From contig CM052817.1 of assembly GCA_028534125.1 (NCBI GenBank), positions 4,528,001 through 4,592,000 on the forward strand: 64,000 nucleotides of DNA, given 5' to 3'. How positions within the stretch are numbered: the first letter of the stretch is position 1; the number at the start of each line of letters is the position of its first letter. The notes beneath the pieces were generated by a model, which did no database searches, was not told the DNA's origin, and was given only the letters and a program-made list of their open reading frames with translations. The position numbers were made by a program, and so were the translations under genes. Source of the stretch: Lama glama. Taxonomy: Eukaryota. Shown piece after piece: positions 13,452-26,825 of this stretch.

Positions 13452-14100
13452 GGATGGTGATCATGGTGGTGGTGACACCGAGAAAGATGAGAATGATGAT
13501 GATGGTGAAGATGTACCACCTTCTCCTTGGGATGGAGTGATTAATCCTCTCCCATGGAATAGAGGAGTGAGGAAGCATTCCCTCCCAATCCCCCAAACCT
13601 CATAGTGATGGTGATAAGGATGATAACAGTGACTATGATGAAGATGACAGCAATGAGGAGGATGAGGATGACATGAGAATGAAGACGAAGTTAGTGGTGG
13701 CAGTAGTGAGGGTGATGAGGATGGTGGTGGAAGTGGTGATGGTGGTGGTAACGAAGATGATGATGACAATATGGAGACGAGGATGATGGTGGTGATGGTA
13801 GTAATAAGAACGATGGCAGCAATGATGGTGGCCATGATGAAAATGATAGTTGCGGTGGTGGTGACGAGGAGGAGGATGGAGATGGTGGTGGTGATGAGGC
13901 TGATGAGAATGATGTCAAAGAGAATATAATGGTGGTGATGGTAATAATAAGAATGATGATGACAATGATGACAATAATAAAGATGGTGATGGTGACAATG
14001 ATAGTGGTGGTGATTGTGTTGTTAATACAATGATAATAATGGCAATGATAATGATGATGATGAAGATAATGACTGTGGTAGTGATGGTAATGGGGATGAT
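13452..14100. repeat. Degenerate (GAT/GGT/AAT)n trinucleotide low-complexity tract, about 650 bp with a ~90-bp interruption near 13510-13600
   Basis: Directly visible repeats of gatgat, ggtggt and aataat. Confidence 0.9.
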
Positions 14101-14520
14101 CACAGCTTTCATGCAACAGTTGGGGTCTAACTGTTACTTTGCTAGGTGCCTCATATGCCTTTTTCTTATCATTTCTGTAATCCTGCAGGACAGGGATTAC
14201 GATCCCACTGCACAAAGACCCCAGGATTCTAAGAGTTTGTGAAAGACAGAACCAGGGTATCAAACTCCACCACTCTGACTCATAAAATAATATAAAGTTT
14301 GCATAAAAGATTGAAAAGAGAAGTATGCAAATTAACATAAGGAGTTATAACCAATAAACAAGCTACACATTTAAAAAAACCCCAAACTTGTATAGACAGT
14401 AACATCAATAGTGGTTCTCTTAGAGGAGTGGATACGAGCCAACATTCTCTTTTTTTCTATTTCCAATGTTTTTCCACATTTTAATAATACATTGTTATTT
14501 TTGTACTTGTACATACTTTT

Positions 14521-14597
14521 ATTCATTTATTTTTAAGCATTGCTTTTTTCAAGTTTTTTTTTTTTGGAGTGGGAAGTAATTAGGTTTGTTTGTTTGT

Positions 14598-14632
<35 letters not shown>

Positions 14633-14717
14633 TTTTTTAATGGAGGTGCTGGGGATTGAACCCAGGACCTCGTGCCTGCTAAGCACGCGCTCTACCGCTG
14701 AGCTATACCCTCCCTCC
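14521..14717 (-). mobile_element. tRNA-Ala-derived SINE (vic-1-like, camelid type)
   Basis: Minus strand GAGGGTATAGCTCAGCGGTAGAGCGCGTGCTTAGCAGGCACGAGGTCCTGGGTTCAATCCCCAGCACCTCCA, followed by (TAAA)n, aacctaattac and an A-tail. Possible TSD gtacatac at 14509 and 14719. Confidence 0.85.
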
Positions 14718-14858
14718 AGTACATACATTTTTATGTATCATTATTTTGTATTGAAAAGTGTATATTGTAATAAGCTTTTAATACATAAAATCCAAAATGC
14801 TTTCATATCATAATATTATGTTTTATATATTTTAATAAGCTATTTTTAAGTTACCTCA

Positions 14859-14978
<120 letters not shown>

Positions 14979-15479
14979 CTATTGCCAAAAAAGAAAACAA
15001 CAAAGAGAAGGATATAAACAATGGTATCTTCCTCCCTCCCTCCCTCTTCTTCCTCCTCCCTCCTTGCCTGTCCACACACACACACTCACAAATACACACA
15101 TACACACAAATACACACACACACACAAACTTTTGTCTTGGAAAAGACCTCAGATTAAAAATCATGACAATGGCCTATAATAGACTGCATTTTCTTAACCT
15201 TCCAAAGAAAAACGCTTCATTTCTTCTTTGTTCATTTATTCAGCAAAAATTCATGAGGTGCCTACTCTGAGGGAGGTCCCCCACGTTCTCCATTTTTATG
15301 TGAGTCAAGGACACGGACAAGGCAAAGGTGGGAGTGCTTCTTCATGGAAAAAAATCAGAGGGACAATTGTATGGAATCGGGATGTGTAAAGTCATCCACC
15401 CCAGGCCTCTGTCTCCATAGACAGACATGTCCTCTAAACCACTCCGCGAGCAGGGACACCCCGGCAAGTCCAAGCGTGC

Positions 15480-16110
15480 CAACTCCATAATTTGTTTAAC
15501 CATTTACCTCCTGCAGGATGTCTGAATATCTTCAGTTTCAGGCTATTACAAACAAAGCTGCTATAAACTTTGATGTACAGGGTTTTTATTTTTTAATTCT
15601 TATTTTTTTATTGAAGTGTTGTCGACTTACAGTACATACAGGTTTTTGAGTGAACATGTTTCTCTGGGATGAATGCCCAAGAGCCCACTCACTGGATCTC
15701 CTGGCAATGGCATGTTTAGTTTTATGAGAAACTGCCAAACTGTGTTCCAAAAGGCATTTTACATTCCCACCAGCAATGTCTGAGTGACCCAGTTTCATCA
15801 CATCTTCACTAGCATTTGGCGTTGTTGCCATTTTTATTTTAGTCATTCTGACAGGTGTGTGGTCCTACCTCAGTGTGGTTCTGATTTGCATTCCCCTAAT
15901 GGTTTAATGGTCTTGAACATCTTTTTTGTGCTTTTGTGTGTGTTTGCTTGCTGACAATACATTTTTTTGATGAAGTATCTGTTCATGTCTTTTGCCCATT
16001 CTCCAACAGCATTGTTTACTCAATTCTATTGAGGTTTGAGAGTTTCTTATATGTTCTAGGTACTAATTCTTTCTTACACTGTGGTTTGCAAAATATTGCC
16101 GCAGTCTTTT
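15480..16110 (-). mobile_element. Old L1M-type LINE-1 fragment
   Basis: L1 motifs gaaactgccaaactgtgttccaa, ttacattcccaccagcaatg, gatttgcattcccctaatg. Confidence 0.75.
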
Positions 16111-16142
16111 CCTTCTGCCCCTGTGGTAAGACATTTTTAATG

Positions 16143-16326
16143 CAGAGGTTAGCAAACGGTTTTTGCTGAAAATGTCCACATAGTAAATATTTTTGGGTTT
16201 GCTGGCCACACTATCTCTTTTGCAACTACTGAATTCTGCTGTTACAGCAGGAAGGCAGCCATGGGCGATAAGTTAAAAAGACAGGAGTGGCTGGATTGGC
16301 CCAAGGGTCATGGTTTGTGACCCTTG
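16143..16326 (+). mobile_element. hAT-Charlie MITE (MER58A-like)
   Basis: Imperfect TIRs cagaggttagcaaac / gtttgtgacccttg; 8-bp TSD ttttaatg / ttttaagg (7 of 8 match). Confidence 0.8.
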
Positions 16327-19300
16327 TTTTAAGGTCTGATAAACACTCTTCTGTGCCAGACTATATATATTATCTCAGATGATCATCATAGCATGCGGGA
16401 GGTTGGTACAACCTCTCCCATTCTACAGCTAAGGAACTCTCAGCCAAGAAATCTGGACAAATGGCCTCATGTCACAAGGGACATCCATGAGGAACAGAAC
16501 CCTTCACCAGACATCAGCATGCTTGCCAACACTAATGAGCTCTAAGAAGATAAACGTCGTTTGGCCTTCTATCCATTGACGTCTAAAGCTAGGGAAAGTG
16601 ACATTATTTTCTCAAGATGTTAGTCTCAAATCCATTTTCCTTCTGACCCTAAATGGAATTGGTAATGTTTACAAGTCTTGTTACATTCCCGTCCATTTTT
16701 AAAACTTTTAAATTTGGAATAATTACGGACTTACAGGAAGGGGCAAATCGTACAGAGTTCGTCTATGTGCTTTGCCCCCAGGGCTGATACCTCACATCAC
16801 TGGGGCTCAGTACCAAACCTGGAAACTGACATAGGTCCAATACAGTGCACTGCGGACCTTACTCAGTTTTCACTCATTTTATATGTCATTTGTGTTTACA
16901 TGTGGGTGTGGTTCTGTGCAATTTTCCCCTGCCACAGATTCATGGAACGATGGCCACAATCAAGATAGAGAATCTTCCAGCACCACGAGAAACCCCCTAG
17001 TCCTAATGCTCCTCTTATGTTAGCCTCCCCCAGCATCCCCTCCTCTGTTCTCATCTCTGCCCTTATGCTTTAAAGGTTACAACTGCGGCTTCTGTCCACG
17101 TCCTAGGCAAGTCCAGCACCGGTGCCATCTCCCTCAAGAGCCACCAGTGAGCTCTAAGCTTCTGGGCTGCTTGGTGGCCGCACCTGGTCTGAGTCACTTC
17201 TGAACCCTGACCTGTGATGGCGGACCCCTACCAGAGAGACGAAATGTGAAGTCTTTTGTGTCACGTGGCTCCCACCTGCTCCCCGAGTCTCTATAGACCC
17301 TGCACATGACAAAACCATGCTCTGCAGTGAATGAAAGGCCATGCTTAGAAAGCAGCTCTCCCAGGGCAGGGCTGCCATCAGCTGGACCCATTTCTACGGA
17401 GCACTGTTCTGGGCTCTGAGGATACACAGAACTTGCACTCAGACAAACCTCATTTGGGTTCTGCCATTTACCAGCTGTGTGACCTTGGGCAACTGACTCG
17501 ACCTCTCTGAGTCTCAGGTTCCTCATGAGTGAAACAGCAGTGAGGGTTTCATGAGACCCGGCATTTAAAGCAGAGTATCCATGCTTAATAAACGGTGCCT
17601 GGTGATGCTGGTCACATAGCCCAACAGAGGCCAGAGCTCTGCCCACAGAGATCTTTCAAAGAGGGACAACTTAACTTCCTAGTAGTTCTATGAAGTGAGT
17701 GTTAGAAGTGTATTATTTTCACACCTTTCCTAAAGTGGCTCAGAGAGGAGAAGTAACTTATGCAAAGTCACATAGCTCATAGGTGTCAGAGGGTACTAGA
17801 ACTCAGGTTTCTGACTCCTAATCTGGTGCTCCTGGAACTTTCCTAGGTTCCAGCTTAAGTGTCTCCCTCCAGGGAAGTGCTTCCACCTCCCTGAAGCCTC
17901 TCTCACTCAGGTCCTCTCTTACACACCCTCACGGTGCTCCATCGCTTGCTGTGTCGTACATTCTGCCTCTGGGCATTCTGGGCTGTCTGCTGACTGCCAT
18001 CTCTCCCCTGGGCAGTGGGCTCCATAACGGCATGGTTGTTCCCGGTACTATGTCCAGCAGGGCGGGGAGGCTGCCCACGGGGAAGATGGGCAGATGAGTG
18101 ACGATGAATGCTCTCTCCACGACAGCAGGCTGCTTCTCTGTGGGCACTGACTGGCTACTCCGGGGGCAAGGCCAGCCAGGACCACATCACTCGTTAGGTG
18201 GATGGGGCTCTGAGCACAGAAACAATCACCTTCCAGGGAGCAGAGCCTTTGAGAAAATGGCCAGGGCCACCTGCCCCCAAGCAGGACAGGTGTGGCGGAA
18301 TGAAAGCAGGCTGCGGCTGCAGGTGGGCTGCTGCCTCACGTCCCTGGCCCTCTGCAGGGGTGGGGTCCAGGGGGCTGCAGGAACAGGCTCTATTTCTGGA
18401 ATCCTAGGATGATTTATGGTTTCAGATACTGGCACCTGTTTATGAGGCCCATTCTGCTCACACAGAGCAAAATAACCTTCTGCTGCATCCTCAATTTAAC
18501 ATTCTTTTATTTCTCTGGTTTATAACGAAGCCTCTGTGGGATATCTGTCTGCGTCTGCTCCTACCCCGCTGTCACTCTTTTCATCTGCCCCTTCCCGTTC
18601 TCTTCCCAACTGGCCTTCTCTCTCCTCCCTTCTCCCTGTAGGTCCCCTCCCTCACTAGAGGATGTGTCTCCGGGAGAAGTACTTCCTCTTTTTTAACCCC
18701 AGTGGTCTTGATGGCTGGCTAACTCCACGGGGTCCTGTAGCAACAGTGGGACTCACCCCCCTGACTTCCTGGGTCTTGGATCCAGTGTTGATTCCCTCAG
18801 AGACCATGTGCCTCCGGCAGAGACCAAACTTGTTTCCCGCTGTCCATGGTCCTGATTCCTCCTTCATTCACTTAGAGAACCCACACCCATAAAAAGGTGC
18901 TCAACTTCCCGTCTCAGCCCCAACTTAGAGCTTTGTGACTTGGGGCCAGTCCGCCTCTCTGTGCCTCAGTTTCCCCATCTGTAAAGTGAAGATAATAAGG
19001 GAACCCACGTGGCTGGGTTGTGTGAAGTTTAAAATGCCCACCTCTGTTAACACCTTCAGTGCCCAGTACATAGCAGGCACTCAATAAAGTTCATGCTCAT
19101 AGATATGATTCTCACTATTATCATTCCTCCAAAAATACCAGCAGGTGCTCAGCTTTTTGCTTAACCCCCACGGCTCTGGGTATAAATAAGCATTGATTAA
19201 TACTTATGCTGCACCCTGTCTACGGGCAGGAATCCCTCTTCCATTCTGTGGTCTGATACCTAATGCCACTCTACTTTCCTCTTGTGGCGGCTCTGTTGTC

Positions 19301-19381
19301 ACTGATACCCGTTTCCCCAGGGTCTCTGGAACCCCGTGCACTCGGAGAGCCTGACCCCCAGGTCCTGACCTCTCCACCTAC

Positions 19382-19466
19382 CAGGTGCTTCTCCTGCCTC
19401 AGCGCCGCGTCCAGATGCAGTAGATCTTTCAAGTGAAGGTTGTAGATGCACAAGTCAAGGTCCACA
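19382..19466 (-). CDS. EVC: EVC coding exon 5 (85 nt): (S)[28 protein letters not shown]
   Basis: Matches recalled human [28 protein letters not shown]. Acceptor tctcag, donor CTG|gtaggt. Confidence 0.96.
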
Positions 19467-20877
19467 CTGAGAAGTTCAAAGAGAAACAGAAGAGACTTTC
19501 AGAGTGTTTGAAGTGAGGGATGAGGTTACTGAGTTATAAGTACAGCCCTGCTCAGGACAAGACTCACTCCAGATTTTAAATTCTGCAGCATGCAGAGATT
19601 GCTCACAGCCACCCAAGGCACAAAAGGAGGAATCAAAGGAGCTATTTGAAACCCATTTGTGATCAGAAGGAAGAGCTGCCTGAGACATCACAGACAGAAC
19701 ACAGGAAGAGATAAAAGGTGAGAGAAAGAAAAATAACAACCTCCCCCTACCTCTGGCATTTTCACATCTAATGTCACGTGTCACCCTTCCTCTCTGCCCT
19801 CATATACACATTCTCATGCCCATTTTACAGATGAGAAAACTGACTCAGGAAATCAAGGGTGAGAGAAATCAAGTAGCGGTCACACGGTCACAGAGGCAGG
19901 TAAACAGCAGGGTATAAATAAACGCCTATGACCTTTTCTCCTAGAGAGGCAAATGCACTTAAATGACTACACTCCCACTGAACTGTTACAAGTCCTCTCC
20001 ATCTGAATGCTCAGAAACATCCCTTCCCAGCCAGGCGGGCGAGCCAAGAAGGCTGCAGTTCAATGAAGTCCCTCCTTCCAGGGGCCACCTGCAGGGCCAG
20101 TACCATGTGCAGGGTTCTGAGCTCACTCTTTCCCCAGCCCTGAGCTGGGCTATGCCCGGTTCATCTCACCCAGGACCCCGTGGACTCACGGAGGTTCACA
20201 GCCAAGAGGCCTGAGGACCAACACACACACCTGCTGGGTAGTTTCTTGAGCACTTACTGGATGCTGAGCCCTGCTCTGGCCTAGATAGTGTGGGGATATA
20301 GAGCGTGGGCTGCAAGATCAGGTGGCATGTCAAACCCAGCTCCATCACGCACGTGCTGTGTGACCTTGGGCAAGTCACTCAGCATCTCTGTGTCTCGTTA
20401 TTTTCTTCGTAAAATGAGGGCAATATTAGCCTCTACTTTACAACCTTAACAACCTAGGGCTGTTAAGAGAAATGAATTCACTGATTGATTAAGACTTATT
20501 CATCACTGTGCCTGTCCCAGGCTCCCACTGGGCAGTAAAACAGTGGTGACCAAGACAGACCTGGTCCTCGTGTTCATGAAATAATGAATCCCTGTAAAGT
20601 GCTCAACACTGCCCTGAACACCAAAGGCACTTAACCAAAGCTAACGGCTGCTGTGTGATGTCCGGGGTACATCAGTGATAAAGGAGGCCCCATGACTTCT
20701 CTCCCCAAGGTTCAGGCCTGGCTCCCTAGCCCCGAGGCTGGCAACACTACACGATCAGCGTCAGCTCTGACACGGGGTCTCTGGGTGTCCGTGGCTGAGT
20801 CCTTAACCTCTCTGGGCCTCCATGTCCTTTGCTGACAATGACACAGCCGAGCGGTCTCCATCCCACCCCCACCTCAC

Positions 20878-21110
20878 CTCTCGCAGGTCAGCGCCTCGGG
20901 GAAGCTGCTCGCCTGGAGGAAGGTGCGGCCGAGGAACCTGTCGTCGCTGGTGGCTGAGTGGATGCTGGACGAGGAGCTGCAGTCGTCCTTCTCGGCCTGG
21001 CTCAGGCTCCCCAGGCTGCTGGAAGGGGACGCCCGCACCGGCTGGTTCGGCAAGACTGCCTGTTTTAAGTTTTCGTGCAGAGATGGGTTGGACGAACCGT
21101 CGGCCAGAGG
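20878..21110 (-). CDS. EVC: EVC coding exon 4 (233 nt): [77 protein letters not shown](S)
   Basis: Translated by hand; matches recalled human EVC. Acceptor ccccag, donor AG|gtgagg. Confidence 0.96.
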
Positions 21111-22635
21111 CTGGGGTGGCAGAAGAGAAAGCCCGTTCTCAGTCCACGTGACCTGTCACGTGTGTGTTTCCACAACTCCACCAGTGACACGTGATGGTGG
21201 CTCCCAGGCAGGCCAGACTGGGGAGGCCTGCGAGTGGACACCTTAGAGCTTCTGTCCCAGGGTCACGGCCACACCCACACACTTGTGCCCCAGGGACCTG
21301 TACCACAGCTCCTGGCACATCACTTGTCCCGGAGGCCAGCCCCTCGGCACCCGGCTCCTCCCCAGCAGCGACTAGCCTCTGTGTCTTCCCCAGTGGCCCC
21401 CTGCACCCACACTGCTGCGGGCTCTGACCTCCTCCACAGCAGCCGGCCTGCCCTGCCCCCTCTCTCTCTGTGGTCTCAGACCCCCAGGCCTGCTCTGCCC
21501 ACTAACCTGCCCTCGAGAGGCTCGGGGCCCTTATCAAGGAACTGAAGCCCCACGCACCGCCAGGACCACATGACGTCACAACCAGAGGGCTCAGCGAATG
21601 TCTGTCACCTCTGTGTCCAGTCTCATCCCCTGTGGCTCCCCGAGGCACATGCCCAGGTGGTACTGAGCTGGTGGTCAGCTCCAAACTCTCACCATCCTTC
21701 CATGCTTCTGGGCTTTCCCAGACTCTGGTCCCCCGCCAGAACCCCCCTCACTCCTCATCTGCGGGGCTGAAGCATCCTTCCCTCCAGACACAGACCCTTG
21801 AGTCCTCCTTCCCTGGCACCCAGGCCCAGCCCACACTGTGCTCCGCAGGTCCCCGGTCTCTTCTGTCCTGCCTGTTATCACGGGCAGTCCTGCGATCTGC
21901 CCCCGCTGTGAGGGCCTCCGGCATGAGGACAGTGCTTTCCTGACCACTGGCTAATCCCCAGTGTTCACTGCAGAGCCTGCCCGGCAGGGGTGCTGACGGT
22001 GAGTAATCCCCTGGTCTGGGAGCTTTGCCCCTTCACCCACCCACCCGACAGTGAAGGAAATGGTTCCCAGCGTGTGTTCTGGGGAGCAGTTCCATGAACC
22101 CACAACTGCTCGCTGCAAGGGTTCCACAGAAAAATTAGTTTGGGAAAGTCTCTGTAACAACATAGAATCATCTCTCTGGGGCAGGAATTCTCAGAGCCTT
22201 TGATATGGTCTGGCTGTCCTCAAAAGCAAGTAAGAATTTCAAAACCTGAACAGGCATTGAGTGCTGAGACCTCACACACTGTTCTAAGCCCCCTGTCTAT
22301 CACCCCATATAACCCTCCGAACAGCTGGGTGAGGCAGGAGGGCCCTTTACCCCCATTTTATAGATGAAGAAACTGAGGCCCTGAGAAGTCAAGGAATGGT
22401 CAAGGGTTAAAGGCTGAGATGGGAGTTGGGTCTGAGTCTGTGACACAAGAGCCTGTCCTCTTCACGGCCGGGAGAGCAGGCAGCACCTTCCTCAGCTTAC
22501 TTGGCCAGGAAACTTTCTTTCCTGGAGTATCTCATAGGCTGAGGGTTCCCTGAGCATCAAGGAACATGCCGCTCTCTGCAAAACTCCCGGCCGCAGGTGT
22601 GCGCTCCTGGCTTCAGGTGTAAGAACTGAGGGCTT

Positions 22636-23135
22636 NNNNNNNNNNNNNNNNNNNNNNNNNNNNNNNNNNNNNNNNNNNNNNNNNNNNNNNNNNNNNNNNN
22701 NNNNNNNNNNNNNNNNNNNNNNNNNNNNNNNNNNNNNNNNNNNNNNNNNNNNNNNNNNNNNNNNNNNNNNNNNNNNNNNNNNNNNNNNNNNNNNNNNNNN
22801 NNNNNNNNNNNNNNNNNNNNNNNNNNNNNNNNNNNNNNNNNNNNNNNNNNNNNNNNNNNNNNNNNNNNNNNNNNNNNNNNNNNNNNNNNNNNNNNNNNNN
22901 NNNNNNNNNNNNNNNNNNNNNNNNNNNNNNNNNNNNNNNNNNNNNNNNNNNNNNNNNNNNNNNNNNNNNNNNNNNNNNNNNNNNNNNNNNNNNNNNNNNN
23001 NNNNNNNNNNNNNNNNNNNNNNNNNNNNNNNNNNNNNNNNNNNNNNNNNNNNNNNNNNNNNNNNNNNNNNNNNNNNNNNNNNNNNNNNNNNNNNNNNNNN
23101 NNNNNNNNNNNNNNNNNNNNNNNNNNNNNNNNNNN
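22636..23135. other. Assembly gap (exactly 500 N)
   Basis: N run, bordered on the right by a (GGAT/AGAC)n low-complexity tract at 23136-23250. Confidence 0.99.
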
Positions 23136-26100
23136 AGCATATGAATGGACAGATAGATAGACAGGCAGGTGGATGGATAGGTGGACAGACAGGTATATGA
23201 ATGGATGCAGGAGGGAGGGATATACAGATGGGTGGATGGATGAATGAACAGATGTTAAATAGCACATTCTCCACTTAATTCCAAGTCTTCCACTTTGGAA
23301 GAACTAAGGATTTAAATAATATAATACCAAAAAATTTCCTAAAATTGTGAACCGCCTTCTGGTGGAATAAGAAAACACAGAATAATTTTAGCACTCCCAG
23401 GTGTACAAACACATCCATGTGGCAATATTCATGCAAGACTTTCTATTACACCCTTCAATGAAAAGAAGTGGTTGGGCAGATCGTTTCACTTTTCTGAGCC
23501 TCGGTTTCCCAGAGAGTAAGCAGGCAGTGTATCCGCCCTCAAAGATGGTGCAGATAAAGCCCCCGCAGAGGTGCCAGAGCAGAGGAGAAGCAAGAAAATG
23601 GACGGCTCTAAGTCACGGGAGGAAAGAGCCACCCCAAACCGTGCTCAGGCGCCACCTCCCCTGGCCACAGCAGGGCGGATGGTCCACATCCCCACCTCCT
23701 CTCTGCATCACTCTCCCCTTAGGGCTGCCCCTGCCCTTCACACGGTCGGTACAAACAACCAGGAAGTGGATGCAGGTGAGCAGGCAGATGGGTCAGGAGC
23801 CTGGCACCCTAGACCGCGAGGAATCACTGCTCGGCGACTCAGAACAAACTGCCAGGTGAAAACCACACCCACGTCAGGTCTGCTGCTCCAGTGGAATCCT
23901 AAAGAAACCGCTGTCACAAAGGCCCGGTTTCCGACTGCTGAGCGGACCTCGGACTCACACAGCCTGTTGGGGGAATGCGGGAGACTGTGTCACTTCCCCA
24001 CGAGATGCGGTGTTCAAACAGCACCTGAGCCTGCAACAGAGCCTGCAACGTGGCCACCTCCCTCTCCTGAGGGGGTTTTGCTGAGATCCCTCTGAGCAGG
24101 GCAGGCGGAAGCTATCTGGCCAGGACCCAGTTCTGCCATTTCTATCTCTGTCTTTTGACTCAGAATGGGGGAAGACCACCAACTTACGCTACCTCCTTAA
24201 ACTTCCAAGGACCTTGCCATTCCCAGCTGGGGAAGATGACACAGAGAGGTTCGGCCATGTGCCCAAGGTCACAGATACTAAATGCCAGAATTGAACTCAG
24301 ATTCCCCGGCTCCGGAGTTCCTCCTGTTCAGCTGACACCATTCTGTCTCCTTCAACACGACACAAATAAGAACAAGACTAAGAGCCACGCGATTAAAAGG
24401 GGAGCGGGAGTCAGTGGAGAAGGCCCGGGCTCGGCTCCACCATGCCCCAGGGACACAAGTCAGACCCCGAGACGCTCTGTCACTCCCACTCCCCACCTGC
24501 CACATCCCATCAACCATAAATCCCACCAACTTCACCTCCTAAATATCTCTCAAATTCACAGCCCTGGCCCAAGCCGCCATCATATTTACCCTGAAGACAT
24601 GCAACAGCCTCCTAACTGGCTCCCCTTCCATGTCTCGAGGGCCTGCTATGTGTTAAGCACTTTATGCACAGTTGTTCATTAAATGATCCCACAACAGTCC
24701 GCATGGGGAAGTTCACGCTATTATGATCGTGCCCATTTTACAGAAAGACAAAGCAAGGCTCAGAGATGGACACCTTCCAATCCATTCTCCAGGTGGCAGT
24801 CAAATCACCTTTTCAACATACAATTCCCATCACGTCCTGGCTTCAAACCCCTCCTGGCAGACCACCGCCTGCGGCCGGTCCCAGTCGAGCTGGAATCTTT
24901 GCCAGAGGACAGTTACAAAAACGCAGCGTGGCTGAGATTAAAAAGGGTGACTTCAGAACTGGTGATGTCCTCTTTGGGGCCCAGTGCAACATGAAAGCGG
25001 TTGGGGAGGTCTTACTCAAAAGTGAATCAGAACTTCAAGACATCAAGGTCAAGAAACTAGGGGGAAAGGGTGACCGGGCAAGGGAGACACCCCGATGAAG
25101 CCAGCCCCGGCTGGTGTCCAGTGAAGACATACTTTTTCAAGGAAAGATGCAAAAGCAGGGAGGACATTGTGCATTTCTAAACTTCTTCCAAACAGGTGAA
25201 AAGAAAGGACAGAATGAAGGGGGTAGAAAGTGAGAGGAAGGCTTGATCTCCGCCTTCGTCTTCAAAAGTTGGAGAGTTCATCTTCAAAAGGGAAGACACC
25301 AAACCAACATCGCTCTTCAGGTGACAAATGAAATACATGAAGAAAAGGACACTGACGCAGGCCCCCTGAGCCGTAAGGAAGCAGACATTGAGGGCCGGGA
25401 GCCTGGCCTCTTTGTAGTTTTCACAGCTCTTCTAACTAAATTTGGTGTCCTCCACGTTCTGATCATCCAACCATAGTAATAACAATTATTCAGCAAATTG
25501 GCTGCAGTGCACATTTACAATGTAAAGCTTCCTCAGCTGAAGCAATGCCATCACTCAGAAAAATTAGTTAAAGTGTAATTGGAGGAAGAGAAAAGCCGTT
25601 TCACCCACGGACAAAAGGTGCTCTTTTCAGCCAATGCACACACGCACCCTTAGGGGAGCTATGCCCGCCCCCTCCAAAGCCAAGGGATGGGAGGAGGCTG
25701 TGGAGTAGCATGCCTCAGAGCCTTCTGGAATCTGCTGTTTGGTTTTGGCCGACGTGAGCTGTTTATCAACAGAGTTCATGCAAGGAGCGGCATGAACCCC
25801 AAATGCCTTGGTTTTCTGTGCATCCGAGGACATCGGGGTTATAGTACAACTCAGCCTGTCGAGATTGACCCTGCCCACATTCTTTGACAAGCTCGCACTG
25901 CAGAAGGCAGGGGCGTTTTGGCAAGCCAGTCACCGGAACGGGCAGATCTGTAACTTAACTCTTGGCAATTATTAGCTTGATAATGGGCATGGGTGAGGCA
26001 CAGCTAAATAGTTAACAGGTAAAGCATGCAGAAGAAATGGGTTAGCCTTCCGGGGAGGCAGAGAGACTTGTCTCTCCCACAAACAAGGGCCCTGAGCACT

Positions 26101-26329
26101 CACCCTGTGGTACAAACGTTCACAGAGTTGATTCATGGGTGACCCCAGGGAGTGGCAATCATTACTGTCATCATCAAGCTGAGAACCCTGAGGCTCAGAG
26201 AGGCTGTGTTTCTTGCCCACCATCACACAGCAAACAGACAGAGCTGGGCCTGGGTTCCAGGATTCTGGATCCCAAAACAGTGTTGTTTCCGTCCTCTCTG
26301 AGGCTACCAGCTGTCTGAGCAGGGCTTTT

Positions 26330-26825
26330 AAGAATAGCTTTATTGAGATGGAATTCACGGAGCGTGCAATTGAACCATGTAAATTGTACCATTTAATAAT
26401 TTTCAGTATATTCACAGATACGTTCAACCATCACTACAGTCAACTTTAGAATATTTTTATCATCTCAATAAGAAACCCCAAAGCCTTTAGCTATCACCCC
26501 TAGTCCCCCCATTTCCCTGTCCCCAGCCTGAGCAACCACCAATCCACTTCCTGTCTCTGAAAGTGTACCTGTTCTGGACATTTCTGATGAATAGATCCTG
26601 TCACATGTGGTCTTTTGAGATGGCTTCTTCCAGTGAGTGTGCTATTTTCAAGGTTCACTCATGCTGTTTTTGTGGCTGAATAGTACTCCACGGTATGGAC
26701 AGACCACATTCTGTTTATTCCATCAGCTGGTGGACATTTGAGTCTCTGCGTTTTGGCTGTTGTGAAATGGGCTGTCGTGAACATCTGTGTACACATTTTT
26801 GTGTGGACATATGTTTTCATTTCTG
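26330..26825 (-). mobile_element. Old L1 (L1MB-like) 3' fragment
   Basis: Motifs gctttattgagatggaattcac, caaccaccaatccacttcctgtctct, gctgaatagtactccacggtatggacagaccacatt. Confidence 0.8.

Noticed and set aside
13461..14338. His-, Ile-, Thr- and Ser-rich ORFs
   Set aside because: Translations of a simple trinucleotide repeat.
14641..14713. Genuine tRNA-Ala gene
   Set aside because: It has acceptor-stem mismatches, is attached to a SINE body and A-rich tail, and two related degenerate copies occur in the window.
22492..23274. ORFs spanning the first N gap, and a gtaagc donor-like site near 22500 as a candidate EVC exon 3
   Set aside because: The ORFs are open only because of Ns, and the peptide EPSAYEILQERKFPGQ does not resemble the expected exon 3.
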